Source: Verrucomicrobiales bacterium (GTDB lineage Bacteria; Verrucomicrobiota; Verrucomicrobiia; Limisphaerales; UBA9464). From it: a stretch of DNA of 62,979 bases. The stretch covers positions 1 through 62,979 of the forward strand of contig SYMJ01000194.1 of the NCBI GenBank assembly GCA_005805505.1. Reading direction: 5' to 3'. The notes beneath the pieces were generated by a model. It saw only the letters and a program-made list of their open reading frames with translations, did not search any database and was not told where the DNA came from. Below are positions 46,560 through 57,201 of this stretch, piece by piece. The position numbers and the translations under genes are program-made. How positions within the stretch are numbered: position 1 is the first letter of the stretch; the number at the start of each line of letters is the position of its first letter.

Positions 46560-49500
46560 GGGGCAACAACCCGGAAATAGGCCTCCGATGAAACCGGGGT
46601 CGTGTCTGTCAGACTGGCCTCGCCCGATGAATCCACTGTCAATTCACCGACGGAATTAAATCCGGCGCCCAGGCTCGATGAGCGCTCCAGGCGGTAGGTG
46701 CTTCCCGGGGTGCCCCGGAATCGGATGCGCAGCCCTCCCTGTTCGAACACAGGGGTCAGCAGGGAAGCCGGCTCGCGGGAACCGGGAACCGTGTAGTAGA
46801 CCCGCAGTCGGGGCCTCTCGCTCTCAGGTTTGAGCGGGTCGACAAAACTGAGAAATTCTGAGGAGCGGAACCCCCAACCGTTGGCCCCACCCACAAACGG
46901 CAAGAATACCCAACCGTAGTTGGGGCGACCGGCCTGCCAAGCGAGGATATCGGAGGTCACCTCAACCGAATTGAGGGTGGCTTGAACATCCGGTTCCAGA
47001 CTGCGATTGCCCACCAGAACGGAGGGGAGTTGATCGGCCTCGATCCCGTTGGCCTGAATGCCATTGGTCCAGCTGTTCCAAGTCGAAACAGTATCGTCCC
47101 AGGGCTGTCGCATGGGATGCACAGCGGCTCCATCGCCCATGTTGTCCCTCGCAACGGAGGGTAGATCGAGGAAGGCCAATCGAATCTGAGCCTTTGGCGG
47201 AATGCGTCCGCCCTCGGTGCCGAAGAGGTCCTCGAAGCGCAGAAGGCTCTGCATCGCGTTAGTTCCCGCACCATCCGGCCAGTCCGCCCAAAGCACCTCG
47301 GAGGCGCCAAGGACAACATCGGGCTGAGTCTGTTGCAGCAAGGTGTCACGGGTTCCAGAATACCCTTCGATTCCCTGCTGGAAAACAGCCGCCCGGATGG
47401 AAGGATCCGTCCACAGGACCCTGAGTCGAGGACGCTCAGAAACCTCCGGATATTCCGAGGGGGTGATGCCGGTGCCGTCGGTTTGGAGCGGCCAACCCAA
47501 GAACACCCAACCGTGGTTGGTCTGCCCGGAAACCCACGCCTGGATATCAGCCGTGACACCGATCCGGACTGTTCCAAGGCCGGTCCCACCGCTGCCGTCT
47601 TCCAGACCCAGCTGGGATTCGTAAACCGATCGGGCTTCGTTGTCATCGGCCGACACCCCCGACGTCATGGAATCCCACGTTGCCTGCTCCGAATCCCACG
47701 GAACGAGCATGCGATACAATTTAGCTCCATCGCCGGGATTGTTCACCGTCACAAACAACTCGGCCAAGAGGACCTTCGCTCCCGAAGGGATCTGAGATGT
47801 ATTGGTTCCCACCAGACCATCAAATCGAAGCAAGATCTGGGATTCGTTGGGGACACCGCCATCTGGCCAATCCATCAAAAGACCCTCGAACGGCGCTCGA
47901 GTCCGGCCTTCGGGCCAGGGTAGATCGCTGCCCACCTGTGACAAAGCGATGTCGGCCGCACCTTTGTAAATTCCGTGACCATGATCGGCCCCCTCCTGGA
48001 ACTGGTGAAGCCGGACACGCCCGACGCGAACCGTCTTGAAGACCTCCGTGTTGGCGCCCAATCCATCATCGAATCGCACCGATATCTTTCGGGAGTCGAT
48101 GGACGCATCCGAAGTCGCAAAGGTCACCGATCGGAGGATCTCCTGGATCGCAGGCACGGTGGCGTCTGCGTTCAACTGAATCTTCAGCGCGGCCTCAGAT
48201 TCACCGCCCGAGACTGTGGTCACCGGTTTGCCTTCGAAGGACACAACCTTCCCGTCGACTCGGACTCCAGACTGGGCCAGATCTGCGGCTCGGAGACCCA
48301 AACGATCGAGGGCCGAGTTCGGAGGCAGGATCGTGAGGGTCAAAACCGCACCCGGAAAGGTGGTGGCGTCGGGATCTGCGAGGCGCGCACGGCCGTCGAT
48401 TCCGATCGGGGGAGTTCCGAGGGAATAGAAGGCTTCATCGGCGGAGATGAGGATACTGGTCTCGTTGTCGAGCAGCACCGATGGCAGCAAGATCGTCCCA
48501 TTGAAGTTGGTGTAAATCGGATCCAGCGACTTGACGATATTGGTCAGGTTGAACTGGAGGGTCGGTTGATTCACGGTGTTGTCGACGCCGGTGAGGGTCA
48601 CGATTTTGGGCGTCCGCCAGTCGCTGGGGGTAAAGGTGAGCAGCGAAGGAGTCACCGAAACCTCGTTAGACGCTCCGGAAGAGAGTTGCACGATTACCGG
48701 CAAGTCGGGCTGGGTGCCCAATGCCAAACTGTACTGCAGGGTGCGTGATTCCAGCACGGTCAAGGGCAGGTCATACGACCACACCAAGCCGGGCACATCG
48801 TCATCGGAGTTGACACCGCGCAGCGACAGGCCGGTCAACTTGCCGTAGGCGGCATCGACCGACGACACGGGGCCCAGACGGACAACAAATTCGCGAGCCC
48901 CATCGGCACGACCATCATCCACACCCCGGAGGGTCACCTTCTGCGGCAGTCTCCAGTTCGTCGCATCGAAGACCAGTTCGGCGGGCTGCACGAGAACCTC
49001 TGCGGTCGTTAGCGAAACCACAGGAACCCGGACCTCCGCAGTCGGTTGCCGCGTGAGGGAAACCTGAACCTCGGCCTGCTGTCCCGATTCGCTAGTGACC
49101 AGACCGTCGATGAGATCGACCGCGATCCCAGCGGTCTCGTCGTCGAGATTCAATCCGGGTATCCGGACCTCGGGAACCCCCTGATAGGCAGGGTCCGCGG
49201 TCGCCGAGGGCTTCACGATCAGGTCGAAACCGACGTTGCCGTCGGCGACCGAATCATCCTGACCCACGACGCGGATCGATTGAGGAACGCTCCAGTTGTC
49301 GGGGTTGAAGATGAGGAACACCACCTCCGAGGGCGGAGCTGAACCGTCGACGGAGACCACCAAAGCTTCACTGGGTCGAGTGGTCCGCAGAGAGACGGTC
49401 ACCGGTTCCGACGGAGCGACATCGAGGGCCACGCTGACCAAGGTTCCGCTTCCCTGCTCGCTGGTCACGATGGTCTTCAACGGGCGAGCGGAAACCCCCG

Positions 49501-50617
49501 GAGTCGCCGCAGGAATAAAGACGAACGAGGCCACCGGCTCATTGGTCGCGCCCTCCAGCGGAGGAGGATACACGCCTGTGTCGCGGCTTTCGATGATCCA
49601 CGAAGTGCCGTCGGCCTCATAGCTGATCACGTTGTCGAAGTTGTTGGTGTATCCGCCCTCCATGGAGGTGATGAGGATGCCCGACTTCGGAGAGGCCCCT
49701 GAAATCGCCAATCGGAAACGGCCGGGCTCTAACTGAGATATGGAGAACGCCGGCTCCGGACCACTGTGCATGAGGATCACCGCGTTGGTTCCGGTGTCAT
49801 CCACACCGAATTTGCCGGAAACCACCGTGGTGTTGGTCTTGGAGATAAACACGAACGCAGCGGGATCCTGCTCGAGGGCCCTCGGGTTGGTGGCGCTGCC
49901 GAAATTATCCTTCACGTAGACCTCCCAGGTTCCATCGGGATTGGCCACCGAGTTGGCGAAGTTGCCCTCGTTTTTGGCATGGTTGACGATGAGGACGCCC
50001 GAGTTGGTTGAATTGATCCCAAGGGTCCTGAGGTCCACGCGCGATCGCCCGGCGCTGATGCCCTTGAAATGGGTACCCAACACGAGACCCTTTGAACCGG
50101 TGAACAAGTTGTTGGTTCCCCCATTCGCAGCGGTCGAGTTGCGGGCCCATCCCGACAGCCAGTCGCTGTAGCGGAAGAAGGCAACCGCGACATCGGTGTT
50201 GTATTCAGCCCGATCTGAGGTGACGTCTTGGACTACCGCCCAGAAGCCGGCGGCCCCTCGGTCGAAGGCCGGAGCGGCATACCCGAGCAGGTTCTCCAAC
50301 TCCCCGTTGTCGCGGCCGTTCTGGGTGACCGCCACCATCAACACTCCCTCGTTAAGTTCATCGGCTCCCGAGTCCCCCACCTGCACGTTGTAATCGCCGC
50401 GGTTGGAACCGGGGCGAACTCGGAGATCATTAATCGTGAGCGTCGCCGACACGGTGACGGAATCCACGGAGTTGCCGGTGTCGTTCTGGACCACCTTGAG
50501 GTTGGCGGACGGAATGTTGTGAGGAGGAGCCGATCCAGCCGACCCGGATGTGGTCATGACCAACCACAGCACCATCAGACACAGACCATTTCTAACCAGG
50601 GATAAGGAGGGATTCAT
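46556..50617 (-). CDS. Giant secreted multi-domain protein (about 1350 aa): unknown N-terminal region, 3 Calx-beta/cadherin-like repeats, 2 DNRLRE-like beta-sandwich repeats, C-terminal domain of about 70 aa
   Basis: Signal peptide [30 protein letters not shown] (ATG 50617; the ORF extends to 50647). Repeats carry ...NW..PQ.(I/V).(V/L).G.DD... motifs. Paired segments LLRFD/LLRFE...W(D/N)S(M/W)T...HGWVFL/YGWVFL...ERPRLRV. Confidence 0.75.
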   Translation of the reverse strand: MNPSLSLVRNGLCLMVLWLVMTTSGSAGSAPPHNIPSANLKVVQNDTGNSVDSVTVSATLTINDLRVRPGSNRGDYNVQVGDSGADELNEGVLMVAVTQNGRDNGELENLLGYAAPAFDRGAAGFWAVVQDVTSDRAEYNTDVAVAFFRYSDWLSGWARNSTAANGGTNNLFTGSKGLVLGTHFKGISAGRSRVDLRTLGINSTNSGVLIVNHAKNEGNFANSVANPDGTWEVYVKDNFGSATNPRALEQDPAAFVFISKTNTTVVSGKFGVDDTGTNAVILMHSGPEPAFSISQLEPGRFRLAISGASPKSGILITSMEGGYTNNFDNVISYEADGTSWIIESRDTGVYPPPLEGATNEPVASFVFIPAATPGVSARPLKTIVTSEQGSGTLVSVALDVAPSEPVTVSLRTTRPSEALVVSVDGSAPPSEVVFLIFNPDNWSVPQSIRVVGQDDSVADGNVGFDLIVKPSATADPAYQGVPEVRIPGLNLDDETAGIAVDLIDGLVTSESGQQAEVQVSLTRQPTAEVRVPVVSLTTAEVLVQPAELVFDATNWRLPQKVTLRGVDDGRADGAREFVVRLGPVSSVDAAYGKLTGLSLRGVNSDDDVPGLVWSYDLPLTVLESRTLQYSLALGTQPDLPVIVQLSSGASNEVSVTPSLLTFTPSDWRTPKIVTLTGVDNTVNQPTLQFNLTNIVKSLDPIYTNFNGTILLPSVLLDNETSILISADEAFYSLGTPPIGIDGRARLADPDATTFPGAVLTLTILPPNSALDRLGLRAADLAQSGVRVDGKVVSFEGKPVTTVSGGESEAALKIQLNADATVPAIQEILRSVTFATSDASIDSRKISVRFDDGLGANTEVFKTVRVGRVRLHQFQEGADHGHGIYKGAADIALSQVGSDLPWPEGRTRAPFEGLLMDWPDGGVPNESQILLRFDGLVGTNTSQIPSGAKVLLAELFVTVNNPGDGAKLYRMLVPWDSEQATWDSMTSGVSADDNEARSVYESQLGLEDGSGGTGLGTVRIGVTADIQAWVSGQTNHGWVFLGWPLQTDGTGITPSEYPEVSERPRLRVLWTDPSIRAAVFQQGIEGYSGTRDTLLQQTQPDVVLGASEVLWADWPDGAGTNAMQSLLRFEDLFGTEGGRIPPKAQIRLAFLDLPSVARDNMGDGAAVHPMRQPWDDTVSTWNSWTNGIQANGIEADQLPSVLVGNRSLEPDVQATLNSVEVTSDILAWQAGRPNYGWVFLPFVGGANGWGFRSSEFLSFVDPLKPESERPRLRVYYTVPGSREPASLLTPVFEQGGLRIRFRGTPGSTYRLERSSSLGAGFNSVGELTVDSSGEASLTDTTPVSSEAYFRVVAP

Positions 50618-50927
50618 CGTTTCGCGATCGACGTGAAGAACCTTCATCGACTCTCCACTGAACCCTCACTTTACTCGCGCTGAACCGCCCCAAGACACCG
50701 ACGAAGCTGTGACGATTCAGCGTCTCTCTACGCAATAGTTTGACGACTATGTTGAGCAGGTGACATCCCCGCGACATCGATCGATTTACCGCGAGGACCT
50801 GAAGCGTCGTGAACTATCGCTCTGGGGATTAGAAAACCAGATACCTTCTCCTAGTTGCAGGACCGGCGGAGACCTCCTATTTGTTTGTCAGTGGTCGCCG
50901 TGAGCGCGACCCATCCATCCAAACCTC

Positions 50928-51827
50928 ATGAAACGCATCGCGCTCTTTGCGCTGACGAACATCGCGGTCCTCGTGGTCATCTCCATCGTGGTTCGAGCTC
51001 TTGGCCTCGACCGGTGGATTGGTGCCCATGGGGTGAGCTACACAGGACTCCTGGTGATGTCGCTGGTCATCGGTTTCTCCGGCAGCCTGTTTTCGCTCCT
51101 GATCTCCAAGTGGATGGCCATCCGCGCCTATTCCATCGAGCTCATCAAGACCCCAGGCAACAGCACTGAACAATGGCTCATCCAGACAGTCCGTGAGCAA
51201 ACCGAAAAGGCGGGGATCCCCATGCCGGACGTAGGCATCTATGACAGCCCAGAGGCCAATGCATTTGCGACCGGTCGTTCGCGCAACAACGCTCTGGTTG
51301 CTGTCAGTTCAGGCCTGTTGCATCAAATGCGCCAACGGGAGGTCGAGGGCGTACTGGCCCATGAGGTGGCCCACATCGCCAACGGGGACATGGTTACTAT
51401 GTCACTGCTCCAAGGGGTCCTAAATACCTTCGTCATCTTCTTTTCCCGAATCATCGGGCTCTTGGTGGATTCCCTCTTGCAAGGCAACCGACGCGATGAC
51501 CAAGAACGCTCCTCGGGCACGGGCATGGGGTTCTTTATTGGCTCGATGGTAGCACAAATCTTCCTGGGCCTTTTGGCGTCTCTGGTGGTCATGGCCTACA
51601 GCCGCCGACGCGAGTTTGCCGCCGACGCAATGGCTGCTCGTCTCGAAAGCCGAGATGCCATGGTGGGAGCTCTGCAACGCCTCAAAACGATCCATGAGGG
51701 CGGCGGAGTGCTTGATGATCGGTCTGCATCGTTGGCGGCTTTCAAGATCAGCCACAAATACGGCAACTGGTTCTCCTCGCACCCGCCTCTCGACGACCGC
51801 ATCCGGGCCCTGCAAGAGGCCGTGTGA
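50928..51827 (+). CDS. htpX: Membrane zinc metalloprotease HtpX (M48)
   Basis: HEVAHIANGD zinc motif, EFAADA, and the typical HtpX N-terminal TM pair. Confidence 0.9.
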   Translation: MKRIALFALTNIAVLVVISIVVRALGLDRWIGAHGVSYTGLLVMSLVIGFSGSLFSLLISKWMAIRAYSIELIKTPGNSTEQWLIQTVREQTEKAGIPMPDVGIYDSPEANAFATGRSRNNALVAVSSGLLHQMRQREVEGVLAHEVAHIANGDMVTMSLLQGVLNTFVIFFSRIIGLLVDSLLQGNRRDDQERSSGTGMGFFIGSMVAQIFLGLLASLVVMAYSRRREFAADAMAARLESRDAMVGALQRLKTIHEGGGVLDDRSASLAAFKISHKYGNWFSSHPPLDDRIRALQEAV

Positions 51828-51840
51828 CCGCGGCAGGACC

Positions 51841-52971
51841 TCAGCGAGGATCGTCGGCGAGCCAGCGAGTCACGTAGGGATCAATCCGTGAAAGCACCAG
51901 AAAGCTCCAGCGCTCACGGAGTCGTTCCCACCAAGACCGCGACCGGGCCCAAGTCCTAACATCCACCGGCGCAGCCATCGCTTCGGTTGCATCAAACCAA
52001 GCGGCTGTGTCCGCGGCGGCCTGCGGATGCTGGATGCGCACCATCAACTCGTGGTTGATGTGCAGACTGCGCGTATCGAGGTTGGACGAACCAACAAAGA
52101 CCGAGTCGTCCACTCGGTAGAGTTTGGCGTGCAAGACCTGGGGAGTGTATTCGCGAATTTCCACCCCGGAGCGCAGCATCCGGCCGTAGAGAAAACGCCC
52201 CGCCCGAAGCGAGATGGCCACATCGGATTTCCCCGGCACCAAGATCCGGACCCGCCCACCACGAGCGGCCACCCGACGGAGAGCGGCCCGCAAGGCTAAT
52301 CCCGGCAGAAAATAAGCCACCGCGATGCGGACGTCGCTCGCCTCCTCGAGGCAATTTAGAAACTCGGCCAGGAAGGCGTTTCGACCGCGACCCGGTCCGC
52401 TAGGCAGTACCCGAATGCCATCCGACGCGCTCGATCGGGAGTCCACCGGGTTGCGACGACGCAAACGCGGAAAGCGAAGAGGGCGCTGGTCCGCCCGCTC
52501 CCACATGGTTTCAAAACTATCGTCCAGCGTCTCGACCACCGGACCGGTGAGGCGGATGCCGATGTCCCGCCATCCGGAATGAATGCCATCACCCAGGTAT
52601 TCCGGAGCCACGTTAAACCCTCCGGTGATGGCCAAGGTTTGGTCGATGACCAGCAGCTTTCGGTGACTGCGGACAGGCAATCGGCGCAGCGTCAACGGGT
52701 TGAAAACCCTCACCTCGCCGCCAGAGGCCCGGAGCGGGTCGAAGAACTCCTCGTCGAGCGACGACGATCCCAACCCATCGATGAGCACGCGAACAGGCAC
52801 ACCTCGCTGCGCCGCCCGGATTAGAGCGCTCCGAACGGCTTCGCCCGGGTTGCCGACCGCGTAAATGTAGGTCTCTAGGCAAACGGATTTACGTGCCCCT
52901 TCGATCGCAGCGATCAGAGCCGAAAAGGCCTCGTCGCCCGTTCTGAGCCAATGGAAGGTAGTCTCACCCAT
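51841..52971 (-). CDS. Phospholipase D-family protein (cardiolipin synthase-like, ClsB type)
   Basis: Two HKD motifs: SHRKLLVIDQTLAITGGFN and LHAKLYRVDDSVFVGSSNLD. ATG 52971 within ORF 51841..53037. Confidence 0.8.
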   Translation of the reverse strand: MGETTFHWLRTGDEAFSALIAAIEGARKSVCLETYIYAVGNPGEAVRSALIRAAQRGVPVRVLIDGLGSSSLDEEFFDPLRASGGEVRVFNPLTLRRLPVRSHRKLLVIDQTLAITGGFNVAPEYLGDGIHSGWRDIGIRLTGPVVETLDDSFETMWERADQRPLRFPRLRRRNPVDSRSSASDGIRVLPSGPGRGRNAFLAEFLNCLEEASDVRIAVAYFLPGLALRAALRRVAARGGRVRILVPGKSDVAISLRAGRFLYGRMLRSGVEIREYTPQVLHAKLYRVDDSVFVGSSNLDTRSLHINHELMVRIQHPQAAADTAAWFDATEAMAAPVDVRTWARSRSWWERLRERWSFLVLSRIDPYVTRWLADDPR

Positions 52972-53087
52972 GGATACGGCCCGTTGCATACGTCTCCTTG
53001 GTCTTCTGTGCCACCCCAATCCGCCCTTCAGGGCCACTGTGTCAAAACAGGCTGGCCCTCGCGGGACAATCTGCTATTGCCTCCATC

Positions 53088-53969
53088 ATGAGTTCAGGAT
53101 GCTTCCGATGGGGGTGGTGGCCGATGGCAGCCCTATTGACCCTTGGGTTGGCGGCGCAAGCACCAACACAACCCAGAGGTCTGGAGATCAACGCCTTCCA
53201 ACGGGCCTTGCCGGCTCCGGGTGACACAGTTCCCGCGACGGCACGCATCCAATACCCTCAGGCCCTCGCTTGGGACACCCAAACCCGGGAGATCCACGCC
53301 AAGGATGGCGAGCAGTCGGTCGATTTTCGTTTTGCTCTCACCAACGCCTGGACCAACGCCGTCACCATCACCGGCACCAAGACCAGCTGCGGCTGCACCG
53401 TAGCTCGTCTGCCCGAGACACCGTGGCTCATCCAGCCCGGCAAGGGCGGCGAGATCTCAGGCACCATGAATTTGCAGGGCAAAGTGGGAACCATCGTGAA
53501 GACGGTGACGGTCTCGACCGATGTGGGTTCCATTCTCTTGAACGTGAAGGTTCACATCGCCCCGGCAGATCCGGGTCGCATGCGGTCGGCCGACCGGCAA
53601 CGCAATTTGGCCGTGGCTGCCGCGGACCGACAGGCCGTCTTCCGGGGCGAGTGCGCGTCTTGCCACGTGGCCCCCACCGTGGGCAAGCGGGGCGCTGAGC
53701 TCTACGCCACCGCCTGCGGGATCTGCCATGACGCCGAGAACAAGGCCACCATGGTGCCCACGCTGCGGGAGCTAAAGCACCCCACCGATCGGGCCTTCTG
53801 GATGCAGTGGATCCGCAACGGCAAACCCAACAGCCTAATGCCCGCCTTCGACCTCAAGCAGGGCGGTATTCTGGATGAGGACCAAATGGCCTCGCTGGCC
53901 GATCACCTCGACAGCGCCGCCTTCAAGACGGGGCGTTCCGCCACTCCGGTCAAGACGCCCCAACCGTGA
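53088..53969 (+). CDS. DUF1573 domain fused to a dihaem-type cytochrome c region
   Basis: Signal peptide. TKTSCGCTVA (DUF1573 CGC motif). Two CxxCH sites (CASCH, CGICH). Confidence 0.7.
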   Translation: MSSGCFRWGWWPMAALLTLGLAAQAPTQPRGLEINAFQRALPAPGDTVPATARIQYPQALAWDTQTREIHAKDGEQSVDFRFALTNAWTNAVTITGTKTSCGCTVARLPETPWLIQPGKGGEISGTMNLQGKVGTIVKTVTVSTDVGSILLNVKVHIAPADPGRMRSADRQRNLAVAAADRQAVFRGECASCHVAPTVGKRGAELYATACGICHDAENKATMVPTLRELKHPTDRAFWMQWIRNGKPNSLMPAFDLKQGGILDEDQMASLADHLDSAAFKTGRSATPVKTPQP

Positions 53970-54613
53970 GTCATCTGGGTCGCTTCATCACGCTCGAGGG
54001 CGGCGAGGCCGCCGGCAAGTCCACGCAAATCGCCCGCCTGGCCGAACGCCTGCGCCGCCAAGGGCGATCGGTTCTGGAACTTCGGGAACCCGGTGGGACA
54101 CCGCTAGGTGAAAAGATTCGCCACTTGCTCAAGCACGATCCGGACGGTCGGGGCATGTCTCCCGAAACCGAATTGCTGCTCATGAACGCGAGCCGCGCCG
54201 AATTGGTGCGCCAGCGAATCCTTCCGGCGCTGCAGTCGGGCCAAATCGTCCTTTGCGACCGCTTCTACGACTCGACCGTCGCCTATCAAGGGTTCGGGCG
54301 CGGACTCGACCTAGCAGCCGTCCAGTCGGTGATCCAACTGGCCGTGGGAGGACTGCAACCGGATCGAACGCTCTGGCTAGATGTGGCCCCGGAAATCGCG
54401 CGAACCCGTTTGGCCGGACGCCAGGCCGCGCAGGCGACGAGCGAGCCCTCCGACCGCTTCGACGAAGAGCAAGAAGCCTTCTTCGCCCGGGTGGCCCAAG
54501 GCTTCCGGGAGGCGTTCCACGCGGAGCCCGATCGCTGGCGACACGTCGATGCCGGTGGATCGTTGGAATGCGTCGAAGAGGCTGTCTGGTCGGCCGTTTC
54601 GAACCTCTTCTAG
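53966..54613 (+). CDS. tmk: Thymidylate kinase
   Basis: FITLEGGEAAGKSTQ P-loop, REPGGT, DRFYDSTVAYQG. Its GTG start overlaps the upstream stop (GTGA). Confidence 0.9.
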   Translation: MSHLGRFITLEGGEAAGKSTQIARLAERLRRQGRSVLELREPGGTPLGEKIRHLLKHDPDGRGMSPETELLLMNASRAELVRQRILPALQSGQIVLCDRFYDSTVAYQGFGRGLDLAAVQSVIQLAVGGLQPDRTLWLDVAPEIARTRLAGRQAAQATSEPSDRFDEEQEAFFARVAQGFREAFHAEPDRWRHVDAGGSLECVEEAVWSAVSNLF

Positions 54614-54664
54614 GAACCTGGATCGGTCGGCTGACGCCGAGTGCGGAGCGGGCCTCAGCAAACC

Positions 54665-56020
54665 TCAGCGCCCGAAGGGCATTTTGCCCATGAGTCCGCC
54701 GGCTCCGCCCATCTTAGTCATCATCTTCTGGAACTTGCCCATCTTGCGCATCATGTCTCGCATCTCATCGAAGCGCTTGAGCAAGTTGTTCACTTCGGTG
54801 ACCGTGACCCCCGATCCCTTGGCAATACGCTGACGGCGACGGGCGTTCAAAATTTGGGGAGAACCACGCTCCTGACACGTCATGCCGCACAAGATGCCCT
54901 CCATGCGCTTGAAGTCCTTTTCACTCTTGGAGAGATCCGTGTTCTTGAGCATCTCCGAACCCCCAGGCAGCAGGCCGACGATGTCCTGAAGCGGCCCAAG
55001 TTTCTTCATCTCGCGGAGCTGCATGAGGAAGTCATCCAGGGTGAACTGACCCTTGCGCATCTTCTCCTCAAGATCCATCGCCTTAGAGGCATCAATGCGA
55101 TCCATCGCCTTCTCGACCAGCGTGACGACGTCGCCCATGCCCAGGATGCGCTGAGCCATGCGCTCGGGATGAAACAGCTCGAGATCGTCCAACTTCTCGC
55201 CGACGCCCATGAACTTGATGGGCTTGCCCACCACGTGTCGGAAGGACAGAGCCGCACCACCGCGGGCGTCACCATCGAGCTTGCTCAGAATGGCACCCGT
55301 GATATTGAGGGCTTTGTCGAAATGGGTGGCCACACTGACGGCCTCTTGGCCGGTGGCCGCATCGAGCACCAGCAGGGTCTCGGCCGGTTTGATGAGATCA
55401 CGCAGACGCACCAGTTCTTGGACTAAGTTCTCGTCGATCTGAAGACGCCCGGCAGTGTCAAAAATAACCGTGTTGCACTGGTGACCTGCCGCGTATTCGA
55501 GCGCCTCCCGGGCGATCTTAATCACGTCGGTCTCGCCCTTCATCACAAAGACCGGAACACCAATTTGCGCGCCAAGAGTAGCCAATTGGTCCATGGCGGC
55601 CGGACGATACACATCGGCGGCCACAAGCAACGGTAGCTTCCCTTGCTTCAGCAGCAGTTTGGCCAGCTTGCCCGAACTGGTGGTCTTGCCCGAGCCGTGG
55701 AGACCGCACATCAAAATGCAGGCTGGGTTGCCGGTGAGGTGAAGCCCCTGATTTTCCGATCCCAGCAACGTGACCAACTCATCGCTGATGATCTTGATCA
55801 TCTGCTGGCCGGGATGAACCGACTGAACGACGTCTTCTCCCAGGGCCTTAGCCTTGATCGATTCGATGAAATCCTTGGCGACCTTGAAGTGCACGTCGGC
55901 CTCCAGCAGCGCCATGCGAACATCGCGCAGGGACTCCGACACGTTGCCCTCAGAAATCTTCCCTAGTCCTCGCAGGTTGCGGAAGACGTTCTGCAATTTG
56001 CCACTCAGGGAGTCGAACAT
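54665..56020 (-). CDS. ffh: Signal recognition particle protein Ffh
   Basis: MFDSLSGKLQNVFRNLRG..., GLHGSGKTTSSGKLA, DTAGRL, and a Met-rich C-terminal M domain. ATG 56020. Confidence 0.95.
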   Translation of the reverse strand: MFDSLSGKLQNVFRNLRGLGKISEGNVSESLRDVRMALLEADVHFKVAKDFIESIKAKALGEDVVQSVHPGQQMIKIISDELVTLLGSENQGLHLTGNPACILMCGLHGSGKTTSSGKLAKLLLKQGKLPLLVAADVYRPAAMDQLATLGAQIGVPVFVMKGETDVIKIAREALEYAAGHQCNTVIFDTAGRLQIDENLVQELVRLRDLIKPAETLLVLDAATGQEAVSVATHFDKALNITGAILSKLDGDARGGAALSFRHVVGKPIKFMGVGEKLDDLELFHPERMAQRILGMGDVVTLVEKAMDRIDASKAMDLEEKMRKGQFTLDDFLMQLREMKKLGPLQDIVGLLPGGSEMLKNTDLSKSEKDFKRMEGILCGMTCQERGSPQILNARRRQRIAKGSGVTVTEVNNLLKRFDEMRDMMRKMGKFQKMMTKMGGAGGLMGKMPFGR

Positions 56021-56306
56021 GGACCTAAGCCTAGCGCAGCAACCCCATCGCCGGAAAGCCCGGAGGCGACGGGTTGCAGGAGGAGTTCCCGCACCCGCCA
56101 CGAAGGCGGCCCGGAAACGGGAATCCACGGGGGAGAGGGTTCACCGAGAACAGGCGAATGGAGAACGAGGTCCGGCAGGGTGCATTCTTGGGGGGGCTCT
56201 GCCGGTCTATCGCAGAAGGTAAACCCATCGGCGGATTCCCCTTCCGTGGATGGCCAACGGGTGCTAAAGAAACTCCATTATCCGGAAAATACTCCCCACG
56301 CACCCC

Positions 56307-57125
56307 ATGCATCCGACAACCCTAAACCAACGGACCGCTCACCGAGCCCACGGTGCCACCGGTTTCACCCTCATCGAACTGCTGGTGGTCATCGCCATCA
56401 TCGCCATCTTGGCCGGGATGCTCTTGCCGGCGCTCTCGAAGGCCAAGGCCAAGGCCAACGGCGTGAAATGCATTAGCAATCTGCGCCAAATGGGCCTGGC
56501 GACGATCACCTACATTATGGACCACGGGGTTTATCCGGTGGGCATCGACGGCGGCGACGGGGCGGCCTGGATCTGGCCAGCCCTACTCCGCAGCAGCATG
56601 TATGGCGGTCAGAATACCGATGTTTTCCGGTGCCCGGCCGCACCCCAGCAGTCGCAATGGGTTCCGAAGTTCGGCAGCGGGGCCCCGGCCAAGCTGGGCT
56701 ACCTGAAGGACGAAGTGCGCCTGCGCCCAGGAGGCACTTTCTTCATGAGCTACGGCTACAACGTCTGGGGCGCCTTCGCCGGACAGACACCCAACACCGG
56801 GCTCGGCGTGTACCTCGGAGATCCAGTCTGGGGTGAAACCAAAGAAGCCTCGGTCAAGAACCCCTCCGAAATGATTTCTTTCGGCGACAGCAACTGGGAC
56901 GTGAAGAAGAAGGGCGACCGCGACTGGAGCGGATTCATCGGCATGTACGAGGAGCGCCAATGGCCGCTGGAGATCCACGCTGGCCGCACATCCCTGGTCT
57001 TCTGCGACGGCCATGCCGAATCCAAGCGCCGATTGGACATCATCGGCCAACTTCATAAAAACCCTGCCCAACGCAAGGCCGTGGCCCGTTTCTGGAACCG
57101 CGACAACGAGCCGCACTTTGAATGA
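56307..57125 (+). CDS. Prepilin-type N-terminal domain protein (DUF1559/H-X9-DG-like pseudopilin)
   Basis: [26 protein letters not shown]-terminal [12 protein letters not shown] motif. Confidence 0.85.
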   Translation: MHPTTLNQRTAHRAHGATGFTLIELLVVIAIIAILAGMLLPALSKAKAKANGVKCISNLRQMGLATITYIMDHGVYPVGIDGGDGAAWIWPALLRSSMYGGQNTDVFRCPAAPQQSQWVPKFGSGAPAKLGYLKDEVRLRPGGTFFMSYGYNVWGAFAGQTPNTGLGVYLGDPVWGETKEASVKNPSEMISFGDSNWDVKKKGDRDWSGFIGMYEERQWPLEIHAGRTSLVFCDGHAESKRRLDIIGQLHKNPAQRKAVARFWNRDNEPHFE

Positions 57126-57201
57126 GAGTTAACCCCACCGACCCTGGGGTCTCGGGGCCTGCGCGCTTGTTGATCCTGCCGGGTCCTCCTAGCCTTTCTT
57201 A

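Noticed and set aside
56039-56077. A hairpin (GCAACCC-CA-TCGCC loop GGCGA-C-GGGTTGC) in the ffh / pseudopilin divergent spacer, considered as a possible small RNA or SRP RNA fragment.
   Set aside because: There is no SRP RNA domain IV signature and no flanking conserved structure. It is most simply a 5'-UTR or promoter-region hairpin.
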